Shown: piece after piece, positions 12,579-26,640 of the stretch
How the letters are laid out: every line of letters begins with the position of its first letter
Position numbering within the stretch: the first letter of the stretch is position 1
Assembly (NCBI RefSeq): GCF_009914755.1
Contig: NC_060942.1
Direction: 5' to 3' (one strand)
Length of the DNA stretch: 64,000 bases
Source of the DNA: the human T2T-CHM13v2.0 reference genome, Homo sapiens
Notes under the pieces: generated by a model
Told to the model about the DNA's origin: nothing
Seen by the model: only the letters and a program-made list of their open reading frames with translations
Databases searched by the model: none
Position numbers and translations under genes: made by a program

Positions 12579-12725
12579 AGTTCTAGGAAATTTTATCAAA
12601 AGTGTAGACTTGTATGTCACCACTACTGTTAAGTTACAGAACAGTTTCATCACAAACATCCCTCCTGCTATTCCTTTGCAGTCACTGCCACGGCCTCCTT
12701 TCCTTTTCTCTCTACTCACCCCCAA
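12342..12725 (-). mobile_element. Old L1M (L1MB/MC-like) 3'-end fragment containing (TG)n
   Basis: CCAATGGTAACATCTTGTATAACTATAGTACAGTATCAC...GAAATTGACATTGATA; (TG)n at ~12546-12573. Confidence 0.7.
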
Positions 12726-13453
12726 TCCCCACAGTCAGGTGCATTGAAAACCAGATTCATCTTAAAATACCTGAAATTAAATTAGTTGGTGAGGTTCTTT
12801 CTCCTACAGAACTATAAAGCTCAGCTATGAAGGCCCAGAAGCAAACATTGAAAGCATGTTCTGAAGGTGGCCCGAAGGCCTTGGTCTCTAACCTCCTATC
12901 TGTGATTTACTGTCTATTTCTTATTGGAAATGTTTCCTAACCTATTTGAGCCTCTGTTTTTTCATATCAAAAATAAGGATGTTAAATCCAATGACCTGTG
13001 ATGTTTCATGAGATAATACCTGAAATGGCACTGTATATTCTAGATAACCAAACAGTGGATGCATTGTCACATATATTATTCATTTAATTCCTACTTCAAT
13101 GTGGGATTGATATTGTTGACCTGTTTTGTCATAGAGAAACTGAGGTTCAGAGATGCCTCAATGTGCTCTTGATCAGGAACTTGGATGCCAGAAAATCTAA
13201 TTTCAAAACCAAGTCTAATGAAGCTTAAAGTCTGTTCTCCTCTGCCCTTTTTATAAACACATTACTAATATTAATGAAAAGAGAAGAAAAAGTTAATGAG
13301 GACAAGTGTGTGCACGTTGACATGTACACATAGATACATAGGCACCAATCCATATCCAAAATGCCATTTCTATACCGAGTTCTTTCCTCCTATAGAGCCT
13401 GCAAATTAATCTCCCAACCATCACTTTTAAAAACTGCCTACCGTTGTTCTACA

Positions 13454-13953
13454 TGTAGGTTTTATTATTGTTCAGGTATGGTAAGGCCAACAGATTAGAG
13501 GATGACTGCCATTTAAAAGACAGTTTGCTACTTACAGTTCCCAAGAGGACCAGGCACACTGTACCATGCCACAGGGTCACAGGGAGAAGCACCAGGGTCG
13601 GTCATTAGGCAGAGTGAGGGGACAATGTGGCAAGAGCCTTTATTGTGGTTTCTGTGGGAAAGGCAAGGCAAGCAAGCTTAGGATTGGTTAGTTTGAATAA
13701 TTTCAGCAGGCTCTGGAGCATCGGAGTTGTCTGTAGTTGTCTGGTACCTGGCCCTGTGGTGATTAGAGCAGAGGAATAGTGACCCAGAGTGTGGAGGAGA
13801 GAGCGCCCTGGATAGGTTGGTTTGCATATGAAAGATGTACGTACAGATGAGTCATTTCTAGTAATTTGGGAGAAGCTGTCCCTTGCAGGTCAGCAAGTTC
13901 CCAAGATGTGAAAGCATCAAAAACACAGAAAATAAAAAGACATGATTAATATG
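13454..13953 (-). mobile_element. ERV-L class LTR (MER76-like)
   Basis: Minus strand starts ATTAATCATGTCTTTTTATTTTCTGTGTTTTTGATGCTTTCACATCTTGGG; family name from memory. Confidence 0.6.
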
Positions 13954-14548
13954 ACTCTCAGATTAGAGTTTTCCTACTTAGGAGGTAGAACTGCGTTCCA
14001 ATACGTTCAGGTTTCCAATACATTCAACTGACCAACGAATGTTTGGTCAGTTAACCAAAAAACTGGAAGGAGCAGTTTGAGAAGCATCAAAGGCTTAAGC
14101 AACCTGTGCAAAATTTGGAAAGGCCAATCCAAGGTTTGATGAGCAGACTGGGACATAAAATTTATTGTCAAGAATTGTTAAGAAGAGACTACACTCAGAA
14201 CCATTGCAGAGAAGGTGAAATCCATCTCAATTCTTCCTTTTCTGTGCCCATTATTCACTTCTCCATTCCTTCTCCTCAAGGGCCTTGCCCCTCTTTTTCT
14301 ATCTTCCTCCTGCTCACACTCAGTTGCCCCAATTCCCTGCAGCAGTGCTGACTGCTCTGCCTCCGATCTCTCCAAGTCCCCTAGGCTCGAAAATTACCTC
14401 CCCTCCCCAGTTCTTGTCACCTAGTCAGGTTCCCACTGTCTCAGTACGGAACATGTTTTCTTTTCTTTTTTTCATAATACCAAATATTTTATCTTTAATG
14501 AAATAATCCTGCAAAATAAGTCTCCTATAAATGTATACAAATAGAGGG

Positions 14549-14790
14549 ATTTTTGCTTTTATTTTAAGTTCAGAGGTACAAATGCAGGGTTGTTACACAG
14601 GTAAACTTGTGTCATGGGGCTTGGTGTACAGATTATTTCATCACCCAGGTACCATTAGTTATTTTTCCTGATCCTCTCCCTCCTCCCACCCTCCTCCCAC
14701 CCTCCTCCCACCCTCCTCCCACCCTCCTCCCACCCTCCATCCTCTGAAAGACCCTAGTGTGTGTTGTTCCCCTTTGTGCATCCATGTGCA
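14549..14790 (-). mobile_element. Primate L1PA (old subfamily) 3'-end fragment
   Basis: TTTTATTTTAAGTTCAGAGGTACA...GGTAAACTTGTGTCATGGGG...ACAGATTATTTCATCACCCAGGT. Confidence 0.85.
14678..14739. repeat. 11-bp minisatellite (CCCTCCTCCCA) x5.6
   Basis: Five exact copies starting at 14678, 14689, 14700, 14711 and 14722, plus a partial copy. Confidence 0.95.
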
Positions 14791-15292
14791 GAACAGGTTT
14801 TCTTAAATATTTTGAGAAGTTAGAATGCCAAGGAATGTGTGTGTGTATGTATGTATGTGTGTACTTGTGCTAGAATATCCAAGGAAGTTGTCTTTTTTAA
14901 AGCAAATTCTGTCGTCAGACCATGCAACAACATATTTGGAAAATCAACATGGAGTAAATTAATCAAGTATCATTGCAATGAGAAATTTGTGTAGTGTCTA
15001 TTTTGAGTCACTAATATATTTATCAGTGCTTGGAAATGTCAGACCAAAAAGAGACTTTGATCCTTTGAGACGTCCTAGATTATTACGTCACCTAATAGTT
15101 ATTAGTGGTTTTGATGAAGCCATGGTGCTATTAGGCAAAGGCTCCAAACAAGCTATACATAGTAGACAATTATCTCTATATGTGGATCTAAATATCTGGT
15201 ATGAAGAGTAATACTCTAGACTTGTTGGTTGCTTTTTCTCTTTGATTTCATGAAAGATATGGCATTATTGAGAAATAGAAGAATTTTCACTT

Positions 15293-15588
15293 ATATTTTT
15301 ATTTTTGAAACAGGGTTTTGCTTTGTCACCCAGGCTGGAGTGCAGTGCCATGATGGAGCTCAGTGCAGCCTTCAATCCCTGGGCTCAAGGAATCCTCTCA
15401 CCTCAGCCTCCCAAATAGCTAGGACTACAGGTACACACTACCACACCTAGCTAACTTTAAACTTTTTTTGTAGAGATGGGGCCTTGCTCTGTTGCCCAGG
15501 CTGGTCTTGAACTTGCTGCCTCAAAGGATTCCCCTGCATTGGACTCCCAAAGCGCTGGGAATACAGGCATGAGCCACCATGCCCAGCC
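15293..15588 (-). mobile_element. AluJ element
   Basis: Diverged dimeric Alu with J-type GGGCTCAAG...CAGCCTT motifs. Confidence 0.9.
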
Positions 15589-15796
15589 TACCTCATTTGT
15601 TGATAGCACTGATTCCTAGCAGGGTTATTTTCATTCCTGGCTTAAAAAAAATAACTTACCCTATTTGCACACTGGAATGGAAGTAATGCATTCAGTAATT
15701 TCAGAACCTGAGTGTTGGCTGACATCAAGCAACTGAGATACACTGCAGCTGCTGTTGGAGAAGGAGGCCGGAGGCTGACTCATGTTATGTTGGCTG

Positions 15797-15875
15797 GCAG
15801 GAGTTTGAGACCAGCCTGGGTGGCATAGCGATATCCCTGTCCTGTCTCTAGAAAACTAAAAACATTTTAAAAAAT
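15797..15875 (+). mobile_element. Short Alu left-arm/FLAM 3' fragment
   Basis: CAGGAGTTTGAGACCAGCCTGGG...CTGTCTCTA followed by an A-rich tract. Confidence 0.7.
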
Positions 15876-18800
15876 ACTGGCTGGATTTTCTAGCCTGCCA
15901 GACTAATCTTCTTGAAAGATTTAGACATAAATAATTTATTTTAGCCTTTGTCATTATTACTGTTATGATAGTAAAATAATGAATCTTTTAAGTATTTTTT
16001 GAATGCTCAAGGTATATCTCTGAAAGAGTACCAACCAAATGCTGATATTAGGGATTAAATCCAGTTTTGAGAGAGACAGCAATTCATTCAAACTTGTTGC
16101 ATGCAGGATCCTATGTCAAAGTGTATATGAGAGGGCACTCCGCTGGGTGGCGGCTGCTGTGGTTTGAATCATATGCCTTAGTATTGGTATTTGACAATAA
16201 GAGTTGTCAACCTGAATTTCTAGTTGGATGTATAGCCAAGAAAATAAGAAGTTCTGAGGGAGCGGGGAACTTTGAGGGGTGGAGTGGTCCCTCCATGTAC
16301 CCCTATATTACAGACTGCAGGTTCATACTGAGGATTTTACCTTGAGCTTCTGGGCTCCACAGAACACTTGCGTGTTTCCATAAGGGCCTAGAAGAAGTGT
16401 CTTCTATTCCCATGGACACAATGCCAGAATGTGATTCCCTGGTTTTATTTTAAGCTCTTTCTTCCACCCAGAAACACAACCCACCACCCCTGAGAAAAGA
16501 TGGGAAATAAGTGGACTAAACCAAACATTCAGAAGCTGCTCAATACATTTCCTTGTGCGCTAAAGAGGAGGTACAGTGCTGGGGTCAAGAAAGCAGGGAA
16601 GGAGTCAGGGCATGGGCACCCAAACCACTTATTGGCCATGTGTTCTGAGACAGGCTTCCTTCCTGGGCCCTGTCTAAAAACAATGGGCATAATGACAACA
16701 CCTACCTTATATGGTTATTGAGAAGAAGAGGAGTTAACGTATGTAAAGGGCATGAACAGGTGTTCGGCTTATATATGGTAAGTGGTCAGTAAGTGTAGTT
16801 TTTCTCTCAAAGACAGTTCTCCAGGCAGAGCAAGTGAGGAGGCCTTTTTTCCACCCCTCAGCCGTTCAGAACTGGAAAGCAGTTGTATTTGCCCATGCAT
16901 GGAGATACTTCAGCTTTCCCAGAACTGAGCCCATTTGCTAACACTACCTTTTCCCTAAGCTTCCCCTTGAGTACCCCTCTCTCCATCCAGCTGTGAAGCT
17001 CTGAAATGAACTAGATCCCCAAATGGCTGGTGGAAGCTGTTGGAATAGAGGTGTTAGAGGAGAAGGCAGAGAAATGTGACAGGAATCCAGCAGGATGTAG
17101 GAGTAGCCTGAATATGCAAGGGAAAACCTTGAGGTCTTGGCCAGTTTACTGTTTCTAGGGCTAAATGTACCACATCAAAGAAGGGAAAGGGAAGTTGTTC
17201 ACCCAAGATCTTCAGTTTTCTTCCCCATGGCCTCATTATAGTGCCTTGTTTCTCTCTTGGGACTTCTGTTTTCTCTGCCTTGTATTGTCATTGTGTTCTT
17301 AATGTTAACATTTTTTCTACAATTGCAGTCTTAATGGAGAATATGTTAAAGAACATGTAGAGATACTAAGATCAGACAAATTTCTCCAATTTCCTTGTGC
17401 TTAAAAAATGTGTTAAGTGTTTACTATCTCTTCTTTCTATTGCCTTCGAAAGAGAAAGACACATTTGTTGGGCAAGGCATTGATGTGCTTCCAGGGGTAG
17501 TGGGGTGAGAAGTCTAGTGGAAGGAGGTAGTTTTGGTGGGTGAAGGAGGTAGTTTTGGTGGGCAAAGGAGGTGGAGTGAGAGAGAGGAAAGGTGAGGTAA
17601 GAAAGAGAACTTGCAAAAGTTGAAGCTTTTACAAAGCAGGGAGGAGATGAACTTGTATCAGCTGTGGTGATGTGGCTTTGGGCGAGATGCGGAAAGAGAC
17701 GAGAAAAGAACTTCAAAGGAAGGTATTGTTATGCATTGGGTAGTGCGGGTCTCTCTTCACTTTGTCCTCCCTTTTAAAATGAAAAGGTCTTCATTAAAGA
17801 TGCTCATTGCTCTTCAAGTCTTTGGAGTTGGGTTTGTGTTGTTTTGGAAATCTCGCCATGCTAAGTTGGGTAAGAAGAACTCACTTTATTTTGGAGAAGT
17901 TATAGGTCCCACTCAAGAAGCAAAACAAGGAAAGTTGAAGCTAAAAGGTGCCCCAAAATGTCAAGGATTGAGTGTGGCCACTTTACCCCCAGGTCTCAGC
18001 AGGTCTGAAGAAGCCATAGTTCTATCCAACAAATATTCACTGATGCCCTTGGAAGAGAGGTAACAGACAAGTATATTAAGGCTTAGACAAGGAAACTGGC
18101 AATTCTCACACAATGAGCACCAGACTGTGGGAGCCCAAAAGAGAGACATCATTTGCAGACTTGAGAAGGGGCCCAAACTACGTTCTGAAAAGTGAATAAG
18201 ATGTAGGAAGATAAAGAAAGAAATGGATGGGATGGGTGAATGCACTGAGCTGGGGAGAGGGAAGTTTTTCTCAGGCCAGCTGCATCTTCTCTACTGGGCC
18301 TGGGGAGAAAGGTGTGCTGTGGGAGAGAGACTCCCTGGACCAAGGCCAGGCAAAACCATGGACTGGACTTGTCTTGTTCTCATGATGTGAACTAGATGCT
18401 GATGCTGTAGTGAAACTCTTCCACAATGATGTTCACAGACAAATTTCCCTGGACATCTGTGTCTTCATGGAGGCTAGGCTGATGGTCCTGAAGAGGAAAC
18501 TCTGATTCCAGCACTGGTGGACTGTAAGGCTGAGTGAACAGCCCTCATTCAGCTTATGTGGGACTCCAAACCTCCATGAGGAACCTAATTTACTGGGAGT
18601 AGTGACGATACCCATAGAGAAAGGTGGTGGGAGTTACTGATTGGATGACATTAGGGACTTGGGCCTCAGAACAGGGGGACATTTTTCCATTTGCTCTGGG
18701 TCTTTTTCCAACTTAAAGTCAGCCAGATATGCCACCTCTTCTATTTGGCCCACACTTAACGACTTAGTTCTGACTGCTGCCTGCCTGTCCACACATCCTA

Positions 18801-19874
18801 TGCCCAGGTTAGACCCACGCTTCTTAACTATCCTGGAGTCTGGACTACCAAAGAGAGAAGTAGCCCATCTACTTCCCCTGGTCTTCCCTTCATCATCTCT
18901 GTCTGCCCCCCAGCAACCCCAGGAAAATTGGGAATCTGCTTCCTAGGCTGATCTAGCATCAAACAGACATAGGAATTTTATGCCCCACCCCCAACCCCCG
19001 AATTAGCAAACTAATTTTTTTGTTTATTGCATTGTTTCTTATGCATCCCCCTCCCTCATCCACATGTACATGACCATGGAGACTTCATTTACTCAAGAAA
19101 TAAATGACAGGAAACAAAGTAACATAGTGTGTTTTTAGCAGGAACAAAAGCCTCAATGTGAAGGCCTCAGAGTTGAATTTCTGGCTCTTACTAGTTGGTG
19201 GGAAGATTCTGTGGGGTATAGTGTCAGGAATTTTCCATTCCTAAAATCAAACCTGATAATTTGAACACCAGAAGAAAGTCTAGCATATAGTGAATGGTTG
19301 TGCTTTGAAATTCAGCAGAGAAATGGAATGGATATTTTGAGGGATTATAATGAGGAGAGAAGTGATTTATTTATTTTTTTAAAAAAGATGGACTAAACTA
19401 GAGCACTCATATATACCAGTGGGAATGACCCCATAGTGAGTAATAAGTAATGATACCAAAGAGGGGACAATTGCAGGGACAAAAGCCTGGATTAGCAAGA
19501 GGCACACACTGTCCTGAAAAAGTCCAGGAGCTGGCCTTTGATAGGAGGAGGATCAATTCTTTCACTGTGTCAGGAAGGAAGAAAGAATTAGGGTGGATGT
19601 TCTCGTGGCTTGGGAGATTCGATGGTGGGAAGACACAGGTGCTTCTGTCTGATTGATTCTAGTCTCTTGATGGCTTTTGGGTGACATCAAGTTCTGCTGA
19701 GTGTGGTGTTGGTGATGGGAGTATGCATTGGAGATTTGATGACAGAAGATGTAAAAGAACTCCAGGAAATGTAAAGTGGAAGTTACTAGGGAGTTGAGTG
19801 CTTATCGGGATTTTTATCATTACATTGAGGTTACCTGACATAATAATATGAGTGGGGTTTAAAACTAGAAATTC

Positions 19875-20163
19875 GGCTGGGCATGGTGGCTCATGCCTGT
19901 AATCTTAGCACTTTGCGGGGCCGAGGTGGGTGGATTGCCTAAGTTCAGGAGTTCGAGACTACCCTGGGCAACATGGTGAAACCCAGTCTCTACTAAAATA
20001 CAAAAAATTAGCCGGGCATGGTGGTGAGCAACTGTAGTCCCTGTTATGCAGGAGGCTGAGGCATGAGAATTACTTGAATCCAGGAGGTGAAGATTGCAGT
20101 GAGCCAAGATTGTGCCACTGCACCCCAGCCTGGGCGACCCAAAAAAAAAGAAGAAGAAGAAAC
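19875..20163 (+). mobile_element. Alu (old S/Jb type) lacking the last ~18 nt before the A tail
   Basis: GGCTGGGCATGGTGGCTCATGCC ... CAGCCTGGGCGACCC then A9 and (GAA)n. Confidence 0.93.
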
Positions 20164-20435
20164 GTTCAGCTGTTGGGGAGAAGGTTCAGGGTTCAGAGTG
20201 TGTGGACATTTTGATTTGACAAGGGTTGGGGTTTTTCTAGGTGTGTGTAAAAAAGGGAGGGGGTGAATTTGTTAAAGATGTTTTCAATGGACTGACTGTC
20301 ATTTTGGGTCAGGGACTTTAGGCTGGATAAAGTGGAAAGAGAAATAATGAGGGGGTAATAGAGAGTGAAATAGTGGTGGGTTTCATGCATAGAGGTTTCA
20401 TTGAAGTTGAAGAATTGTTAGTGACTAGGAGTTTA

Positions 20436-20602
20436 ATGGTAGGCTGAAGAATGACCTCCAAATAGATCCTGCTTTTGCATCTGGAATCTGTGAATGTTAC
20501 CTTATATGGCAAAAGTGACTTTGCAATGTGAGGATGCTCAGAATCTTGAGATGGGGAGATTATCCCGGATTATCTGGGTGGACCCTAAATGTAATCACAA
20601 GT
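20436..20602 (+). mobile_element. MLT1C/D LTR 5' fragment
   Basis: GAATGTTACCTTATATGGCAAAAG...ATCTTGAGATGGGGAGATTATCCCGGATTATCTGGGTGG. Confidence 0.8.
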
Positions 20603-20689
20603 ACCCAGCTGTGCAATGATGATGGTGAATGTGTGTGTATGTGTGAATGTGCTGTACAAGGTGGATGGCCAAGGGGGTGGGTTACTCTG

Positions 20690-20900
20690 AAGTGGACCTG
20701 AGTCAGTATCTAGACTCCAACAATTACTAGTAGTATAAATTTGTACAAATTGCTAACCTCAGCAAGCTTTGATTTTTCATCTATAAAGTTATGTTGATAA
20801 TCCTGTTCACTTTATAAGGTATTATGAAGATTAGGTAAATTAATCTTTATAAAGCACACAATATAATCTCCAGCACAGAGTAAACATATTGTTATTGTTA
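20690..20900 (+). mobile_element. MIR
   Basis: TTTTTCATCTATAAAG...TATTATGAAGATTAGGTAAATTAAT...TAAAGCAC core-like sequence. Confidence 0.55.
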
Positions 20901-21896
20901 TTTTGTTATTATTTTGGAAGGAATTCTGCATTGCAAACACTGAGATGTAGCTTTTAAGTTAGCAAGTGCCTGTTTGTATTTAAGAAAAACAGCTCTGCAG
21001 TGTCTTCATAGTGAAAGAGAAATGCTGCACCTAATCAGGGAGTATTGATTAGAGGGTGTGCCCCAACCTCTGAGATGTCTCTGCAATCTGTTTATAAATG
21101 GACAGTGAAGCATGAAGTCATAAAATGTTTTATGGAATAACCCATGAAAACTTCAACACTTCTGTAATACTTATTAAGAATAATTTAAACCGTTCATATT
21201 TTATCAGAAAATACCAGTGCTTATGAGTTAATCAATTTCAAATTGATTTTATTTGTGTAAAATTGGCATTTTAGAAAGTGAATTTATTGCTCACATTTAC
21301 GTCTTCCGATGTGAAATTATTGCAATACTGGTAATAAATGCACTCTGATTGAATCTATGTCATTAATCAAATATTCCCAAATTGAACTCCTAATAGTGTC
21401 TTATAAGATTAAGAAGACACAGAGGATGTTGGCTGCGTTTCAAGGTCTCAACTAAGGAGGAAGAAGAAATGGTGACTCTGAAGGACATTTACTGTTTTTT
21501 TTCTTTCTGGTCTTTCTTAACTGCTTCAAGCCTGTAACCCCCTCCTGTGTTTGAGAAATCTGCCACCTTATGAGTCTTGGTAGGAAGCAGGGTTCACCTC
21601 CTGCTAAAGAAGGTGGCAAGGTAGCAGTCCAAAAATGACAGATTCTTTCCTGGTTTCCCTTGCAGCTAGAGTGTGCATGTGAGCAAGGCTCAATCCCTCA
21701 GATAATCTCCATCCTCTGAATCGTTGCTAAATGAGGCAAACAGGTAGGCTCAGTGGAGAATTCATTCTGGCAGCAGACGCAATGGCAGAGGCAGAGGCAA
21801 CTCTAAGTCTGGTGGCACGGGCTGTGCAAGGTGGCATCTAGCATTCTTCAGCTGCAGCAGGGGTGTTGCTTAATTTGCTTAAAATCAGTCATAAGT

Positions 21897-22035
21897 AGGA
21901 TGATGAAACATCCTAGTTTGCCAGAGACAGTTCCAGTTTATACCTGTCATCTAGTGTAAGTTTTGATAGCATTCTCCTTTGCTTTCAAAATTTTCCAATT
22001 TGGAAAGTAAATGAGATGGTGTGTTTACTTTCACC
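21897..22035. mobile_element. hAT-Blackjack DNA transposon fragment (MER94-like)
   Basis: TAGGATGA...CATCCTAGTTTGCCAGAGACAGTTCCAGTTTATACCTGT. Confidence 0.5.
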
Positions 22036-22036
22036 A

Positions 22037-22270
22037 TGGTCAGGATTCTCCAGAGAAATAGAACAAACACAAGATAGATAGATGATAGGTAGATAGATAC
22101 ATACATACACATACATAGAAATATACATAGATAGATATTTATTATGATGATTAGCTCACACAATTACAAAGGCTGAGAAGTCCAGCTATCTCCTGTCTAT
22201 AAGCTGGAGATCCTGGAAAACAGCTGGTAGAGTTTCAGTTCAAGCCTGAAGGCCTGAGAACAGGAGAATG
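22037..22270 (-). mobile_element. MLT2 LTR fragment with a (GATA)/(CATA) microsatellite
   Basis: TCAGGATTCTCCAGAGAAATAGAAC...GGCTGAGAAGTCC...GAAGGCCTGAGAAC. Confidence 0.75.
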
Positions 22271-22368
22271 GATGCCATATATACCATTCATCCAACACTC
22301 CCTACTCCCTTTACTTGATTTATTTTTTCTTCATAGCACCTATTACCACATGATCTGTTTAGAATATG

Positions 22369-23308
<940 letters not shown>

Positions 23309-23803
23309 TATTTATTTATTTCTTTACAATTAGTCCTTTCTTAGCCAAACTCCAAGAGAATATATATATTGTCATCTTGTTTTCTGCTGTCTCCTTGGCA
23401 TTTAGAACAATGTCTGGGACACAGCATTTAATAAATTTTTTTTACCTGGATAAATAAATGCACTTCAATGGTCTCAAAAATGAGCATATACTTATGTTTA
23501 TGCATATTTATTTATAGAGTAAATAAAGACACTGTCAGTCTGTATATACAATATTAGAAAAGCTTAATTTTCATACTTTAGATAAAAATTAAATAAAAAT
23601 ATAATATCTATTTTTTTCTGTATCCCAGTATCTTATTTTTGTGTAACTGTGAAGAATATGTTCCTCATTTTTGAAGATCATTACACTTGACAGCTTCTAG
23701 ACAATGCTGAAGGTTTTACATGAGATGGTTTTGGTTATATTGCATGGTATGACACTGGGAAGCTTTTACGTTAAGTTCTGCCCAGAATACTACATTTGGA
23801 AGG

Positions 23804-24225
23804 TGTCTTCGTTCCTTTGTGTTACTATAAAGAAGTACCTGAGACTGAGTAATTTATTTTAAAAAAGAGATTTATTTGGCTCACAGTTCTGCAGGATGTA
23901 TAAGAAGCATGCGCCAGTATCTGCTTCTAGTGAGGGCTTCAGACTGCTTCCACTCATGGTGGAAGGTGAAAGGGAGACAGAGTGTGTGGAGATCATATAG
24001 CAAAAAAAGAGGCAAGAGTAGGGGGAGCTGCCAGGCTCTTTTGAACAACCAGCTCTTGTGGGAACTAAGAGAATAAGAATTCACTCATTACCACAAGGAT
24101 GCCATCAAGCCAGTCATAAGGGCTCTACCCGCATGATCCAAATGCCTCCCATTAGACCCCATCTTCAACACTGGGGATCAGATTGCAACATGAGATTTGG
24201 AGGGTCAAATATCCCAATTACAGCA
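23804..24225 (-). mobile_element. MST (MSTB-like) solo LTR
   Basis: TG...CA termini; GGCTCACAGTTCTGCAGG, AACATGAGATTTGGAGGG; TSD GAAGG at 23799-23803 and 24226-24230. Confidence 0.88.
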
Positions 24226-25102
24226 GAAGGAACTGTAGATTCTTGGTGGTCCACTCTCACAGACAAAGCATTACCTCTTCTATAACATCTGTCTCCTGCT
24301 TTCATCAATTTTTACTTCATAGCCACTTCCTTAATGTTTGGACAATTTTACCACTTAGAAATATTTTTCTTTTAATGAGTTGAAATCTGTCAACCTATAT
24401 CTTCCAACGATAAGACCTAAATTTGTCCCTTGAATGCACAAATCAGTTTCCTTCCTCTGGCCTATGATGACTCCATATACATGTGTAGAGAGCTATATAG
24501 TTGCTTCCACGTCCTTGACTTTAAATTTTTCCAGTTATTTCAAGCACTATTTTCAAAGGCTTCCTTTTTTAAGGATTGTGTCTTGGCAGCTCAAAAGAGA
24601 GAAAGTCTTTAAACAAATTTTGTGGGAGCAAAATGACAATCTACAACAAATTGGCCAGTGAATACAGCTGAAAAACTTATAAAGAACAGATGTGTTCATT
24701 ATGTACAATATTAATTTAAAAATTTTTAAAAATCTTCAAAAACAGCAACAACAACAACGGAATAGTTGGGTCTAATGTTCAGTTTTAGGTTGTTTTCTGT
24801 TCTATACTGGTAGTAATGACTTCTTCCACCCCATTATCTCCAAACACTCCACAGTTTCACAGTTTATTGTACAGTAGTCTTGCATTAAAGGTGCCTTTGG
24901 TAACACAGGAGAAGAGATTGGACTACAGAGAGATAGCAGCAGATACAGAGACAAAATAATTAGTATAGTGATAGAGAATTCAACAGGAAAAAAATTTACA
25001 GAGTATTAACAAGGGGATCACGAGCATACAGAAAATACAGAGAAATTTTAGGAAAGTCGCGTGGAAATTTGAACTACATCATTTGGATCCTAAAAGACAG
25101 GA

Positions 25103-25260
25103 TATAGTAGATTGATTGCAAAAGTGGCCATAATGCTTTCCTTCCCTGTATGCACACCCTTTCAATGTGACATTGTAACTACTTCCATTGAGAAGCAATG
25201 TCTATTTCCCACCTCTTGGATCTGGGCAAATCTGGTGACTTGCTATCGCCAATAGAATGC
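25103..25260 (+). mobile_element. MLT1F-like LTR 5' fragment
   Basis: GCAAAAGTGGCC...GTGACTTGCTATCGCCAATAGAATG. Confidence 0.6.
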
Positions 25261-26587
25261 TTCCACAGCAATGCATACCATTTGCACTGCTTCCATTATT
25301 ACTTGTCTTACTTTCCTTTTACCTCAGTTTACCTGTCCTGTGTTTACATCTACCAAATATAGCATCAACACTTAATTTCTTATCTGTTTTGCTTCCCAGA
25401 GGATCTAGATTAAGGTGTAACAAAAAATTAAAAGGAGATAGTTCAAAATTCTACCAGTAATGTAAAAAACCCCAACAGGAATATCCAGTTATCCTCTAAA
25501 ATCCCTAAATTATAAAAGGTAAGCCAAACCATCATTAATGATGTTTAATTGATGTTTAGTATAGTTTGAATTAAACTTAGGTCAGATGTCTCATAAAATA
25601 GAAATCTTTTTATTATGGGCTCCTTGTTTATTTGACAAAACTCAAGAAACCTTCTTTTATCCATTTGGTCATTACCTTATGTCTATTTTGTGAATCTTGG
25701 AATAAAATTTTACTATTTTAATGATTATGATTATGAGAATGCATAGATGTTAGAACTTTCACTTCTGTGGCATATATTGTTCTCCAATATTTATGTTAAA
25801 TGAAACTATCCACCTTTGACCATTAAAATATAATTCCATGGGACAACAGTATCCATTAAGATATATTTTATCATGCCTTTAAGATATGTGTAGAGTAAGA
25901 ATAGATTTTACCTATAGTGGTAGAAAAATGAAGAATGCAACTGCTATTATAAAAGTATTGTCTTCTTTTTGTATATAATTTTTTCTTTTAGTTCTTGGCA
26001 TCATAATTTTTTAATGGATAGAGAAAAAAATCCATCAACTGTTTACCCCTACCGATTCTTATTCTATCAATAAAATAGCAAACATACCTTCTTTTTCCAA
26101 AGAATTCTGTATTTCCCATGTGGTGTCGTAGAGGGAATGCAGCCCTTCTCTGATGGTGAATGTTTAGGAAGGGCTGGAGAAATCCTCTGAGACAGTGGGG
26201 ACCCCAGGGGCCTTGAGGAGGGGTTGAGCAATAGGTCTGTGCTAGGGAAGGAAGGGGAGCAGTGGACACATGCTTGTGCAAGGTGAAGGACAAGAGAGAA
26301 AGGAGGGAGAATTGAAGAAGAGGGAAAAACAATAAACAGCAAAAACAGAGAAAGAGAGAGACAACTATGGAGGAAAGAATCCCAGTCTTAGCTCTCTCAT
26401 GAGCTGTAAGCAGCCTTAAAACATCACTGGTCGTGTTTCCATACTGAGGAAAGTAAAATCATTTTATCCTCATTTTATTGGTGGTAAAACAAATGCCTTT
26501 TTGATAAAGTGACACATGGCTTCTCCTGCCCCCTAATTTTTTTTTGCTATGCTTTCTTCTTTAACATAGAAAGGAAGAAATGATACC

Positions 26588-26640
26588 TATATCTCTATTT
26601 ATCTATATCTATATATCTATATCTATATCTATATCTATAG
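26588..26640. repeat. (TATATC)n microsatellite
   Basis: Repeated ATCTAT units. Confidence 0.9.

Noticed and set aside
17520-17572. 22-bp tandem repeat GAAGGAGGTAGTTTTGGTGGG (also a 24-bp repeat at 27732-27778)
   Set aside because: Ordinary short slippage duplications with no further structure.
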